DNA of 64,000 nucleotides from NCBI RefSeq assembly GCF_009914755.1, contig NC_060947.1, one strand, 5' to 3'. The notes below the pieces were generated by a model. That model had not been told where the DNA came from. It saw only the letters and a list, made by a program, of their open reading frames with translations, and made no database searches. The position numbers and the translations under genes are program-made. Every line of letters begins with the position of its first letter. Position 1 is the first letter of the stretch. This document shows positions 40,401-57,300 of the stretch, piece after piece. The DNA is from the human T2T-CHM13v2.0 reference genome, Homo sapiens.

Positions 40401-40639
40401 TTCATACTTGAAGTCCCATGTCTCTGCGCTCATTTCCTACTACCCCCTTCTCTTTCTCAGTTTGCTCCAGCTATACCCATGCCTCATAAAATATTCTATC
40501 CTCAAAGATTATGTGTCTTGTCTTGCAAAAACCTAAACCATTCAGAAACAGACATAAATGATTTACCTTACTGAAATAGGGGCTAATTTTTTCCAGTATC
40601 TCATTCCAACCTGATCGCTTTATGTGTATTTGGGCATAT

Positions 40640-43020
<2,381 letters not shown>

Positions 43021-43182
43021 GTGATAGGGAAAAACGATAATTCATAAACATGGTTTAGGCCTAGTGAGAGAAACTATATCTCTCATCAGTTTAATCTGAG
43101 TTCATAACATTCTCTAGATCCTAAATGGTCCTAGTCACATTTCTGAGTCAGTTCTTTGCTTAGATGTATAATTCATTGACTC

Positions 43183-46100
43183 TTTTATTATTTTATTTTA
43201 TTTTTATTTTTATTTTTCCATTAGTTATTGGGGTACAGGTGGTATTTGATTACATGAGTAACTTCTTTAGTGGTGATTTATGAGATTTTGATGCACCCAT
43301 CACCCAAGCAGTATACACTGCATGATATTTATAGTATTTTATCCCTCGCCCCCTCCTACTCTTTCACCCATGTTCCCAAAGTCCACTGCATCATGCCTTT
43401 GCATCCCCATAGCTTAGCTCCCACATATCAGTGAGAACATATGATGTTTGGTTTTCTATTCCTGAGTTATTTCACTTAGAATAGTAGTCTCCAGTCTCAT
43501 CCAGGTCACTGCAAATGCCGTTACTTCATTCTTTTTATGGCTGCGTAGTATTCCATCAGATATATAAATGCATTATATCATATATATTTAATTCAGATTA
43601 CATAATATATAATGTATTATAATATATATACAATGCAGATGACATCACACACACACACATAGATATATATTAAATGCAGATATATATATCACAGTTTCTT
43701 TATCCACTCATTGATTGATGGGCAATTGGGTTGGTTCCACAATTTTGCAATTGTGAATTGTGTTGCTATAAACATGCGTGTGCAAGTATCTTTTTCGAAT
43801 AATGACTTCTTTTCCTCTGGGTAGATACTCAGTAGTGGGATTGATGGATCAAATGGTAGTTCTAGTTTTAGTTCTTTAAGGAATCTCCACACTGTTTTCT
43901 ATAGTGACTGTACAAGTTTACATTCAACCCAGCAGTGTAGAAGTGTTCCCTGTTCACAGCATCCACACCGACATCTACTGTTTTTTGATTTTTTGATTAT
44001 GGCCATTCTTGCAGGAGTAAGGTGGTATCACATTGTGCTTTTGATTTGTATTTCCCTGATCATTAGTGATATTGAGCGTTTTTTCATCTGTTTATTTGCC
44101 ATTTGTCTATCTTCTTTTGAGAACTGTCTATTCATGTCTTTAGCCTACTTTTTGATGGGATTGTTTGTTTTTTACTTACTGATTTGCTTGAGTTCGCTGT
44201 AGATTCTGGATATTCCTCCTTTTTCAGATGTATAGATTGTGAAGATCTTCTCCCACACTGTGGGTTTTCTGTTTACTCTGCTGACTGTTCCTTTTGCCAT
44301 TCAAAAGCTCTTTAGTTTAGTTAAGTCCCAGCTATTTATCTTTGCCTAAGCCAATATCTAGAAGGGTTTTTTCCAATGAGTTCTTATGTGTTAAGTGAGT
44401 ATCCTGAAGGCAGCAGATAGTTCCTTGGTGAGTTCTTATCCATTCTGCAGTTCTGTATCTCTTAAGTGGAGCACCTAGGCCATTTACATTCAGTGTTAGT
44501 ATTTAAATGTGAGGTACCTTTGCGTTCATTGTGCTCTTTGTTGCCTGTGGACTTTGTGTTGTTTTTTTGTTTTGTTTCTTGCTTTTGCTTTTTAGCTTAT
44601 ATTTTTGTTTTATAGGTCCTGTGTAATTTATGCTTTAAAGAGGTTCTGTTTTCATGGTTTCCAGGATTCCTTTCAAGATTTAGAGATCCTTTTAGCAGTT
44701 CTTGTAGTGGTGGCTTGGTAATGGTGAATTCTCTCAGCACTTGTTTGTCTGAAAACGACTGTATCTTTCCTTCATATATGATACTTAGTTTCTCTGGATA
44801 CAAAATTCTTGGCTGATAATTGTTTTGTTTGAGGAGGCTGAAGATAGGGCCCCAATCCCTCCTAGCTTTTAGGGTTTCTGCTGAGAAATTTGCTGTTAAT
44901 CTGATAGGTTTTCCTTTATAGTTTACCTGGTGCTTCTGTCTCACAGCTCTCAAGATTCTTTCCTTTGTCTTAACTTTGGATAACCTGATGACAACGTGCC
45001 TAGATCTTTTTGTGATGAATTTCTCAGATGTTCTTTGTGCTGCTTGTATTTGGATGTCTAGGTCTCCAGCTAGGCTGGGGAATTTTCCTCAATTATTCCC
45101 CCAAATATGTTTTCCAAGCTTTTAGAATTCTCTTCTTCCTCAGGAACACTGGTTATTCTTAGGTTTGGTTGTTTAATGTAATCCCAGACTTCTTGGAGGC
45201 TTTGTTCATATTTTCTTTTTCTTTTTTCTTTGTCTTTATTGGATTGGGTTAATTCGAAGACCTTGTCTTTGAGCTCTGAATTTTTCTCTTCTACTTGTTC
45301 ATTTTTATTGCTGAGACTTTCTGGAGCATTTTACATTTCTAAAAGTGTATCCAAAGTTTCCTGAATTTTTTATTGTGTTTTCTTTAAGCTATCTGTTACA
45401 TTGAATATTTCTCCCTTCACTTCTTGTATCATTTTTTGGATTTCCTTGCATTGGGCTTCACCTTTCTCTGGTCCCTCCCTAATTAGCTTAATAAGTAACC
45501 TCCTGAATTCTTTTTCAGGTAAATCAGGGATTTCTTCTTGGTTTGGATCCATTGCTGGTGTACTAGTGTGATTTTTTTTGGGGGGGGGGAGGGTGTTGAA
45601 GAGTCTTGTTTTGTCATATTACCAGGTTTTCTGGTTCCTTCTCATTTGGGTAGGCTCTGTCAGAGGGAAGGTCTAAGGCCGAAGGCTGTTGTTCAGATTC
45701 TTTTGTCCAGTGGGGTGTTGCCTTGATGTAGTACTCTCCTCCTTTTCCTATGGATGTGGCTTCCTGTGAGCCAAACGGCAGTGATTGTTGTCTCTCTTCT
45801 GGTTCTAACCACCCAGCAAGTCTACCCGGCTCCAGACTGGTACTGGCGGTTGTGACACTCTGTTCGCATCAGAGTTCTGTGATGTGAACCGTCTATGGGT
45901 CTCTCAGCTGTGGATACCAGTGCCTGTTCCGGTGGAGGTGGCGAAGAGTTCGGTGGATTCCCTGAGGGTCCTTAGCTTTGGTGGTTTAATGTTCTACTCT
46001 TGTACTGGTTGGCCTCCTGCCAGGAGGTGGCGCTTTCTAGAAAGCATCAGCTGTAGTAGTGTGGAGAGGGACTGGTAGTGGGCGGGGCCCTAGAACTCCC

Positions 46101-46905
46101 AAGATTCTATACCTTTTGTCTTCCGCTGCCGCGTGGATAGGGAAGGACCATCAGGTTGGGGCAGGGCGAGGCGTGTCTGAGCTCAGACTTTACTTGGGCG
46201 GGTCTTGCTGCAGCTGCTGTGGAGAATGGGGGTAAGATTCCTAGGTCACTGGAATTGTGTACCTAAGATGATTATGGCTACCTCTGCTGAGTCATGCAGG
46301 TTGTCAGGGAAGTGGGGGAAAGCCAGCAGTTACAGGCCTCAGCCAGCTCCCACACAAACCGAAGGGCCTGTCTCACTTCTAACATGTCCACGGCTCCCCA
46401 ACAGCCCTGAGTATGTTTACAGGTGGAGGGCGAGAGGGGCTTGAAACTTGCCTGAGGCTCTCCGCCTCCCAGCTGCCAAAGAAAGGGCTTTAGTTCCCTG
46501 CCCCCCACCCCCGCCCCTTCCGCCGCCTGTGAAGGGACCCACCGAGCTCCCAGGGCCTTTCTGCTGCTTCCTCTACCCCTGTATTTTGCTCGGCTCTGTA
46601 ACTTGACTCAGCTTCAGGTAAAGTCAGAAACTTCTGCAAACAGACCTTCAACTTCTCCTGTAGGGGTATGTGTTCGGGAGAGGAGGGTCTCCCTTTCCCA
46701 CTTTTGTAGCTGGGGCACTCACAGTATTTAGGGTGTTTCCCAGGTCCTGCAGTAGTCCGCTTCCTTCAGAGGGTCTGTGAGTCCTCTCAGGATTGCTGAT
46801 TTGTTCTTTTAGTTGATCTGGCGCTAAAATTCACAGTGCAAGTCTCCAGATGCTGTTCTATCTGGAGCTGCAATGTAGTCCTGCCTCCCATCCGCCATAA
46901 TCCCC
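43183..46905 (-). mobile_element. L1PB-type element with 5'UTR, ORF1 and 3' end, and most of ORF2 deleted
   Basis: ORF1 peptides (YKGKPIRLTANFSAETLKARRDWGPIF; PEKEFRRLLIKL) and a GC-rich 5'UTR; the ORF2 C-terminus joins the ORF2 start near 44380; TSD taattc(a/c)ttgac. Confidence 0.9.
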
Positions 46906-47278
46906 TCCATCTCCTAATTCCTTGACATGTGAGAAACCCTTCAAATTTATGCTTCTGGAAACCCTGAGAATATAAAGATCATGGCATTATTCCAAGAAGA
47001 GATGTCGGTTTATTTAATGTACTTTATTAAGCAAGATGCAAGTCAGATGTTATGATTTTCAGTTACAAGTTTTTCCTATATCTATAATTTGAAGATTATA
47101 GTATACTGAAAGCATTAGCTTTGGGCTCAATTATAAATGTATTATCCAAAGAACTTGCTGTATTATCCAAATTTAAATATAAAATAGTCTTTCAATAACG
47201 ATTGAGTTCTAAAAGTAAAAATAAAAGGAAAGAAATAATTATACTTTAGACAAAAAACCGTACTCAATTTAACACATA

Positions 47279-47330
47279 CCAGACACACACACACACACAC
47301 ACACAGACACACACACACTCCACACACACA
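47279..47330 (+). repeat. (CA)n microsatellite
   Basis: Interrupted CA run. Confidence 0.9.
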
Positions 47331-47426
47331 ATTAGCCTGGTGGGCTATAAGTAGAGTGAATGAAAAATAAGCTACATTGTTTTATTTTTATTGTGTTAAT
47401 GCAGTAATGAAGTTAAAATAAATGCG

Positions 47427-48832
47427 ATGTCTTCTTTTGAAAGGTATCTGTTCATGTAATTTGCCCTCTTTTTAATGAGGTTGTCTTTTTCTTGTGAATT
47501 TGCTTAAGTTCCTTATAGATTCTGGATATTAGACCTTTGTCAGATGCATAATTTGCAAAAGTTTTCTCCCATTCTGTAGGTTGTCTGCTCACTCTCTTGA
47601 TAGTTTCCTTTGCTATGCAGAAGCTCAGTTTAATTAGATCCCATTTGTCAATTTGTGGTTTTGTTGCAGTTGCCTTTGGTGTCTTCTTCATGAAATATTT
47701 GCCTATGCCTATGTCCTGAAAGATATTGCCTAGGTTGTCTTCCAGGCTTCTATAGTTTTGGGTTTTACATTTAAGTCTTTAATCTATCTTGAGTTAATTT
47801 TTGTATATGGTGTAAAAAGGGGTCCAGTTTCAATCTTGTGTATATGGCTAGCCAGTACCATTAATTGAAAGGGAATCCTTTCCCCATTGCTTGTTTTTGT
47901 CAGGTTTGTCGGAGATCGTATATGTGTAAGTGTGTGGCCTTATTTCTGAGTTCTCTATCCTGTTCCATTGGTCTATGTGTCTGTTTTTGTATTAGTACTA
48001 TGCTGTTTTGGTTACTGTAGCCCTACAGTATAGTTTGCAGTCAGGTAGCATGATGCTCAACACCAGTGATCATTAGAGAAATGCAAATCAAAACCACAAT
48101 GAGATGCCATTGTACACCAGTCAGAATGGCTATTATTAAAAGGTCAAAAAATAACAGATTCTGGCAAGGTTGTGGAGAAAAAGGAATGCTTATACACTGT
48201 TGGTGGGAGTGTAAATTAATTTAACCATTGTGGAAGACAGTGTAGCAGTTCCTCAAAGACCTAAAAATAGATATACCATTCGATCCAGCTATCCCATTAT
48301 GGGATATATATACCTAAAAGATTACAAATTATTCTATTATAAAGACACATGTATGTATATGTTCATTGCAGAATTATTCACAATAACAAAGACATGAAAT
48401 CAACCTAAATGCCCATCAATGTTAGACTAGAAAAAGAAAATGCGGTACATGTACAACACGGAATACCATGCAGCTGTAAAAAAGAATGAGATACTGTCCT
48501 TTGCAGGGACATGGATGAAGTTGGAGGCCATTGTCCTCACCAAACTAACACAGAAACAAAAAAAAACAAACATTGCATGTTCTCACTTATAAGTAGGAGC
48601 TAAATGATAAGAACACATGGGCACACAAAGGGCAACAACACACTCTGGGGCCTTTCTCAGGGTGGAGGGTGGGAAGAGGGAGAGGATCAGGGAAAACAAC
48701 TAATGGGTACTGGGCTTAATACCAGGGTGATGAAATAATCTGTATGACAAACTCCCATGTCACAAGTTTAACTATATAACAAACCTTCACATGTACCCCT
48801 GAACTTAAAAGTTAAAAAAATAATAAAAAATT
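47427..48832 (+). mobile_element. L1PA with 5' inversion
   Basis: Antisense ORF2 at 47427-48055 and sense ORF2 end/3'UTR at 48056-48832; TSD ttaaaataaatgcgat / ttaaaatgaatgggat. Confidence 0.9.
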
Positions 48833-50483
48833 AAAATTAAAATGAATGGGATAATATTGTAATTCAGAAAATTGCTACTAATCAAAATGGGAAATCAATG
48901 AATGATTGATATGTTTTTTCATAAAGGACTAATTATAATACTATGCTTTGGGATTTTGCAAGATACTATAATGAACTCATAGATACCTTCAAGTGTTTCT
49001 GACTATCACCTACCATAGGAAATACATTTTATTTGTACTTACACATACAACACACAAACTTACACACATATGTGAAAAATGAATTAAAGTCTCCTGAAGC
49101 AATGATCACCCTTTTCTTTGTTGGGCATGCTAGTATTTCCTCTTCTATTATGTCTTATCTTATTCTATCTCATTTTTATAAATACTGACTATATACTACT
49201 AAATTGATTTTATCATCAACTAATGCGTTATAACACATAATTTGTAAAAACAACTTATATACAGTAATGGTTGCTTTCTGCAGAGGAGTAGTAGAAAAAT
49301 TTTTATTAACTTCTTCACACATCAAATATTGAGATAAAAATAAGAAAACACCTAGTTGATTGATTTTTCCAATGTGCAAATATTCAGGCAGTTATTTATA
49401 TTATTTATATTGATATCATTTATGCAACTTGTAAATCTGTGCTTAACTGTTGTTCAAATAGCCTCATGGTAAGGGTCATTCACATTGTGCTGCAAGGAAA
49501 TTTTGAAGGACTTTATTTTCAAATTGTTATTTGGATATATGTGAATCAAGATGTAATAACTATCTTGGCTCCAGAAGTTCTTTAAATTTTTATCCCCATG
49601 TGAAAATGTGTATTTATCGCTCTATTAGGGACAATTAATCAGGGAAATCTCAAATATTAATTCCAAACATGCACCATCAGTGGGCTGAATAACTGTGCAT
49701 ATGAATAATGTATATGTCCTTCTGTGTATCTATGGTTACTGCAATTTCCTCTTACGTTGTAATTTGTAAAAGTTATACAAGAGGAGTTTAAAAATAGTAG
49801 AGTGTAAATGTGACTGGCGAGAGGAGTTGGTAACAATAGACAACAACCCAGAAGAATATTAACTAATCTACCTCAATAGGACCTACTGTACCTTACTTGT
49901 GAATACCTGAATCCATCCCCAGTAGGTCTAGGTGGATCAAAGGGACCATAGAGAACAAAACCAACAATTGCAAAAGATCTCACATAAACGGACTACTAAA
50001 ATCACTTGTCTTAAACCATGGGTGTTAAAAAAAATCTATATTTTCTGATTCATTAAAAGCACATTTTAGACCACATATGTAACCTAAACCCTATTATTTT
50101 TTAGATAACAGCAAAGAGTTAATATCTCTACTTTCCAGCATGTGAAATTCTGCTGTAAAGCTTTATGGTATTCTTTTCTTAAACCTTTTTCAGTAGAAGA
50201 TAAAAAAACTGCCATTTCAAAGCTGCAACAAGTTTTTCCAGTCACAAGAATTGAAGCCTCATTGTTCTATTGTTTTGGGAAATAAAATGAACATTTGAAA
50301 AAATCTTTTAATTTCATAAATGTGAGATCCACACCCTCCTCAGAAATAGGGAGATTTCAGATGCTGTGGTTTTTCCAAGGTTGTATAGGCAGGGATCATG
50401 TTTCCTTTTGAGAAATGATTATTGGCTCTATATGGATTTAAAGTTTGCTTTATGTGAAATGGTGGTTATACTCATGGCATTCT

Positions 50484-50802
50484 TTTTTTTTTTTTTTTTT
50501 TTTTTTGAGAAGGAATCTTGCTCCGTCGCCCAGGCGGGATGGAGTGCAGTGGCGCGAACTTGGCTCATTGCAAGCTCTGCCTCCCAGGTTCACGCCATTC
50601 TCCTGCCTCAGCCTCCTGAGTAGCTGGGACTACAGGTGCCCGCCACCACACTGGCTAATTTTTTTTTTTTTTTTGTATTTTTAGTAGAGACAGGGTTTCA
50701 CCATGTCAGCAGGATGGTCTTGATCTTCTGACCTCGTGATCCGCCCACCTCGGCCTCCCAAAGTGCTGGCGTGATTACAGGTGTGAGCCACTGCGCCTGG
50801 CC
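50484..50802 (-). mobile_element. AluY
   Basis: caagctctgcctcccaggttcacgccattctcc diagnostic segment; exact TSD actcatggcattct. Confidence 0.9.
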
Positions 50803-50874
50803 ACTCATGGCATTCTATGTAGCTTTATCTGATCTATTTATTTGGGGAAGACAAGGAGATGAGAAGGGATTTGA

Positions 50875-53650
50875 TTGCAGTTTTGGTTACTGTAGCCTTG
50901 TAGTATAGTTTGAATTCAGGTAATGTGATGCTTCCAGCTTTGTTCTTTATGCTTAGGATTGCCTTGGCTATTCAGGCTCTTTTTTCGGTTGCATATGAAA
51001 TTTCAAATAGTATTTTTAATAATTTGGTGAAGAATGTCATTGGTAGTTTTATAAGAATAGCATTAAATCTGTACATTGCTTTGGGTGGTATGGACATTTT
51101 AACAATATTGATTCTTCCTATCTATGACCATGTAATGTTTCTCCATTTGTTTGTGTCACTTCCGATTTCTTTGAGCAGTGTTTTGTGATTCTCTGTGTGG
51201 AGATTTTCACCTCCATGATTAGCTGTATTTCTAGGTATTTTATTCTTTTGTGGCTATTGTGAATGGGATTGCATTCTTGATTTGGCTTTCAGGTTGGGTG
51301 TTCTTGATGTATAGGAATGCTACTGATTTTTGTACATTGATTTTATATCATGAAAATTTCTAAAGTTGTTTATCAGATCAAGCAGCTTGTGGGCAGAGAC
51401 TATGGTGTTTTCTACATATAGAATCATGTCATCTACAGAGATATTTTGACTTCTCATCCTCCTATGTGAATACCTTTTATTTTTTTCTCTTGCCTAATTG
51501 CTCTGGCTAGGACTTCCAAGAGAGAGGGCATCCTTGTGAGGGATGGCATCTTTGTCTTCTGCTGGTTTTCAAGGGGAATACTTGCAGCTTTTGACCATTC
51601 AATGTGATATTGGCTGTGGATTTTTCATAGATTGATCTTGTTACTTTGAGGTATGTTCCTTCAGTGCCTAGTTTGTTGAAGGTTTTTAACATGAAAAGAT
51701 GTTGAATTTTTTCAAAAGCCTTTTCTGTGTTTATTGAGATGATCATACAGGGTTTTTGTTTGTTTGTTTGCTTTTTAGTTCACTTTATATGGTTTGTCAC
51801 ATTTATTGATTTGCATATGCTGAACCTTCATTGCATCCCAGGGATAAAGCTTACTTGTACTTCGTGGATTAGCTTTTTAATATGCTGCTGGATTCGCTTT
51901 GCCAGTATTTTGTTGAGGATTTTTGCATCGATGTTCATCAAGGATATTGGCCTGAAGTTTCTTTCTTTGTTGTGCCTCTGCCAGGTTTTGGAATCAGGAT
52001 GATGCTAGCCTCACAGAAAGATTTGGGGAGGACTCCCTCTTATTTTTCGGAATAGTGTCAGTAGGAATGGTACCAGCTTTACCTTATACATCTCGTAGAA
52101 TTTGACGACAAATTTTTCTGGTTCTGGGCCTTTTCTGGTTGGTAGGCTTTTTATGACTGATTCTTTTTAAGAAATCATAGTTGATCTGTTCTGGGATTCA
52201 ATCTCTTCCTGGTTCATTCTTGGGAGTTTGCGTATTTCCAGAGGTTTATCAGTTTCTTCTAGGTTTTCTAGCTTGTGTGCATAGAGATGTTTGCAGTAGT
52301 CTCTAAGGCTTTCTTATATTTCTGTTGGGTTGGTGTTAATGTTCGCTTTGTCATTTCTGATTTTGTTTATTTGGATCTTCTCTCTATTTTTCTTTATTAG
52401 GCTAGCTAATGGTCTATTTTATTAGTTCTTTCAAGTAACCAGCTACTGAATTCATTTATCTTTTATATGGTTTTTTACTAGTTCAGTTCTGATTTTGGTT
52501 ATTTCTTGTCTTATGCTAGCCTTGGGATTGTTTTGCTCTTGTTTCTGTAGTTTTTCTAATTGTGCTTTTAAATTGTTGATTTGAGATCTTTCTAAGTTTT
52601 AGATGTGGGTGTTTAGTGCTATAAACTTCCCTCTTAACACTGCTTTGGCTGTGTCCCAGAGATTCTGGTATGTTGTATCTTTTTTCTCATTAGTTTCAAA
52701 TAATTTCTGGATTTCTGCCTTAATTTAATTATTTATCGGGAAGTCATAAATATTGGGAGCAAATTGTCTAATTTCCATGTCATTATATGGTTTTGAGTGA
52801 TTTTCTTAGCATTAATTTCTATTTTTATTGCATTGTGGTCTGAGAGCATTGTTGGTATGATTTTGGATTTTTCACATTTGCTGAGGATCATTTTATGCCT
52901 GATTGGTTGATTTTAGAGTATATGTCATGTGCAGATAACAATGTATATTCTGTTTTTTTATAGGTGGAGAGTTCTGTACATGTCTATTAGGTCCATTTGT
53001 TCAAGTGCTGAGTTAAGGCTTCAAACATCTTTGCTAGTTTTCTGTGTCAGTGATCTGTCTAATATTGTCAGTGGGGTATTAAAATCTCCCACTTATATTG
53101 TTTGGTTATCTAAGCCTCTTCACAGATCTCTAAGAACTTGCTTTATGAATCTGTGTTCTCCTATGTTGGGTGCCTATATATTTAGTATAGTTATGTTGTC
53201 ATGTTGAATTCAACCCTTTACCATTATGTAGTACCCTTCTTTGTCTTTTTTGATCTTTGTTGATTTAAAGTCTGTTTTTTTGTGTGTGAAATTAGAATAG
53301 CAACCCCTGCCTTTTTATGTATTTGGTTTGTTTGGTAGATTTTTCTTCATCCCCTTACTTTGAGACTATGAGTGTCATTGCATGTGTGATGGATCTCTTA
53401 ACGACAGCATACCATTGGTTTTGCTTCTTTATTCAACTTACCACTCTGTGTCTTTTAATTGGGGCATTTAACCCATTTACATTCAAGGTTAATATGGATA
53501 TTTGCAAATTTGATCCTGTCATGTTGTTAACTGGTTACTTGTTATTAACAAACAGAATTGTTTGTTTGGCTGCTTTATATTATCACTGATCTATGTACTT
53601 AAGTGTGTTTTATGGTGGCTGATAATGATCTTTCCATATTTAGCACTCCC
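50875..53650 (-). mobile_element. L1 ORF2 fragment (EN/RT region)
   Basis: Translations such as [22 protein letters not shown] and QGCPLS. Confidence 0.9.
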
Positions 53651-54119
53651 TATAGTTCTTAACTCCAGTCACCCTAGTCTGCTATAACATGAGGATGCAT
53701 GTATCATGTTGACATACTGATTTCCTTTTCTTTGGAGAGACAGCCAGTAGTGGGATTGCTGGATCATGCAGTAATTCTTTTTTTTTTCTTCTAGAAATCT
53801 GTATACTGTTTTCCACAGTAGACATATTCATTTACATTCCCATCAACAGTGCACAAGAGTTCCCTTTTGTACTCATCATATCCAGCATCATTTTTTTTTC
53901 TTCTTTTAAAACTTGTTTCTCAGGTTCAAGAGTACATTTGCAAGTTTGTTAAATAGGTAATTGCATGCCACAGGGGTTTGGTTTATAGATTATTTTGTCT
54001 GTCAGGTATTAAGCATAGTACCAGTGGTAGTTTTTTTATCCTGACCCTCTCCCACCCTCCATCCTCAAGTAGGCCCTGGTGTCTGTTGTTGCCTTTTTTG
54101 TGTTCATATGTACTCAATG

Positions 54120-54355
54120 TTTGTTTGTTTATGATTTAGGATCTCACTGTCAGCCAGGCTGGAGTGCAGTAGAGCAATCACAGTTTACTGCAGCCTCGAC
54201 TTCTTCAGGCTCAGGTGATCCTCCCACCTCAGCCTCCTGGATAGCTGGGACTACAGATATGCATAACCATGCCTGGCTAATTTTTCAGTATTTTTTTTTG
54301 CAGAGACAGAGTTTTGCTATGTTGCCCAGACTGGTCTCATCTCCTGGGCTCAACC
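54120..54355 (-). mobile_element. Partial AluJ inside L1
   Basis: ggctggagtgcagt...ttgcccagactggtctc. Confidence 0.8.
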
Positions 54356-57300
54356 AATCCAACTTGCTTAGCCTGATCCTCTCCCTCCCTCCTCCCACCC
54401 TCCACCCTCTGAAAGGCCCCAGAGTATGTTGTTCCCCTCTATGTGTCCATGTGTTCTCATCAGTTAATTTCTATTTATAAGTGAGAAGATGCAGTATTTG
54501 GTTTTCTGTTCCTGCATTAGTTTGCTGAGAGTAATGGCCTCCAGCTCCATTCATGTCCCTGCAAAGAACATCATCTCATTCTATTTTTATGGCTTCACAG
54601 AATTCCATCATGTATATGTACCACATTTCCTTTATCTAGTCTATCATTGATGGCCATTTGGGTTGATGCCATGTCTTTGCTATTGTGAATAGTGCTGCAA
54701 TGAACATGTGTGTATGTGTCTTTTTAACAGAAGGATTTATATTCCTTTGGGTATATACCCAGCAATGGGAATGCTGGGTCAAATAGTATTTCTGTGTTTA
54801 GGTCTTTGAGGAATCACCACACTGCTTTCTACAATGACTGACTTAATTTATACTCCTACCAACAGTGTATATGCATTCCTTTTTCTACACAACCTCATCA
54901 GCATCTCTTATTTTTTGACTATTTAATAATAGCCATTCTGACTGGGGTTAAATGGTATCTCATTGTGATTTTGGTTTGCATTTTTTTTTTAGTGATAAGT
55001 GATGTTGAGCTTTTTTCATGTTTGTTGGCTGCATGTATGTCTTCTTTGATAAGTGTCTTTTTACGTCATTTGTCCACTTTTTATTGCAGTTGTTGTTTTG
55101 TAAATTTGTTCCTTATAAATGTTGGATATTAGACCTTTGTCAGATGCATAGTTTGCAAAAATTTTCTCCTATTCTGTGGATTGTTTACTTTGTTGATACT
55201 TTCTTTTGCTGTGCAGAAGCTTAGTTTAGTTTTATTCCATTTGTCAATTTTTACTTTTGTTGCAATTGCTTTTGGCGTCTTCATCATGAAATCTTTACCT
55301 GTGCCTATGTCCTGAATGGTATTGCCTAGATTGCCTTCTAGGATTTTTATAGTGTTGGGTTTTACATTTAAGTATTTAATCCATCTTGAGTTAAATTTTG
55401 TACGTGGTATAAGGAAGGGGTTCAGTTTCAATCTTGTGCATATGGCTAGCCTGTTATCCCAGCACCATGTATTGAATAGGGAATCCTTTCCTCATTGCTT
55501 GTTTTTGTTAGGTTTGCTGAAGATCAGATAGTTGAAGGTGTGTGGTCTTATTTCTATGTTCTCTATTCTGTTCCATTGGTCAGTGTATCTTTTCTTGTAA
55601 CAGTACCATGCTATTTTGGTTACTGCAGACCTGTAGTATTGTTTGAAGTTGGGTACTGTGATGCCTCCAGCTTTGTTCTTTTTGTGTAGGATTTTTTGGC
55701 TACATGGACTCTGTTTTGGTTCCATATGTATTTTAGAGTAGTTTTTTTCTAGTTCTGTGAAGAAAGTCACCTGTAGTTTAATGAGAACACTATTGAATCT
55801 ATAAATTCTTTTGGGCAGTATGGCCATTTTAACGATATTGATTCTTTCCACTTATGAGCATGGAATTATTTTCCATTTGTTTGTGTCATCTCTGATTTCT
55901 TTGAGTACTAGTTTGTAGTTCTCCTTGTAGAGATCTTTCACCTCCCTAGTTATCTGTATTCCTAGGTATTTTATTCTTTTTGTGGCAATTGCGAATGAGA
56001 GTTTGTTTATGGTTTGGCTCTCCGCTTGACTGTTGTTGGCATATAGAAGTGTGAGTAATTTTTACACATTGAGTTTGTATCCTGAGATTTTTCTGAAGTT
56101 GTTTATCAGCTTAAGAAGCTTTTGGGCTGAGATGATGGGGTATTCTAGATATAGGGTCATGTCATCTGCAAACAGGGATAGTTTGATTTATTCTCTTCCT
56201 ATTTGGATACCCTTTATTTCTTTCTCTTGCCTGATTGCCCTGGCCAAAACTTCTAATACTTTATTGAATAGACATGATGAGATAGGCTATCCTTCTCTTG
56301 TGCTGCTTTTCAAGGGGAATGCTTCCAGGTTTTGCCCATTCATTATGATGTTGGCTATGGGTTTGTCATATATGGCTCTTATTATTTGGAAGTATGTTCC
56401 TTCAATACCTAGTATATTGAGCATTTTTAAAATGAAGGAATGTTTAATTTTATCAAACACCTTTTCTACATTTATTGAAATAATCATGTGGTTTTTGTCT
56501 TTAGTTCCATTTATGTGATGAATCACATTTATTGATTTGCGTATGTTGAACCAACCTTGCATACCAGGGATGAAGCCTATTTGATCATGGCAAATACACT
56601 TTTTGTTGTGCTGCTGGATTCAGTTTACCATCATTTTATTGAGGATTTTTGCTTTGATGTTCATGAAGGATATTGACCTGAAGTTTTTGTTGTTGTTGTT
56701 GCATCTCTGCCAGGTTTTGGTATCATAATAATGCTGGCTTCATAGAATGATATAGGGAGGAGTCCTTCCTCCTCAGTTTTTTTTTTTTTTTTTAATAGTT
56801 TCAGTAGAAATGGTACCAGTTCTTCTTTTACATCTGGTAGAATTCAGCTGTGAATCCATCTGGTCCTGGGCTTTTTTTGGTTGATAGGCTATTTATTGCC
56901 GCTTCAATTTCAGAACTCTTTATTGGTCTGTCAGGGATTCAGTTTCTTTCTGGTTCAGCCATGGGAGGGTGTATGTGTCTCAGAATTCATCTATTTCTGC
57001 TAGATTTTCTAGTTTAATATATCATATTTTCTTCATTATTCTCATGATGAACATTTAGGGTGATTTCATGTCTTTGCTATTGTGAGTGCTGCTGCAATGA
57101 ACAAAAGCATGCATGTGTCTTTATGGTAGAGTTATTTATATTTCTTTGGATATACCCAATAATGGGATTTCTGGGTCAAATGGTAATTCTGTTTTTAAAT
57201 TCTTTGAGAAATCTCCAAAGAGCCTTCCACAGGGGCTTAACTAATTTACATTCCCACCAGCAGTGTGCAGACATTTCTTTTTTTCTGCAACCTTCCTAGC

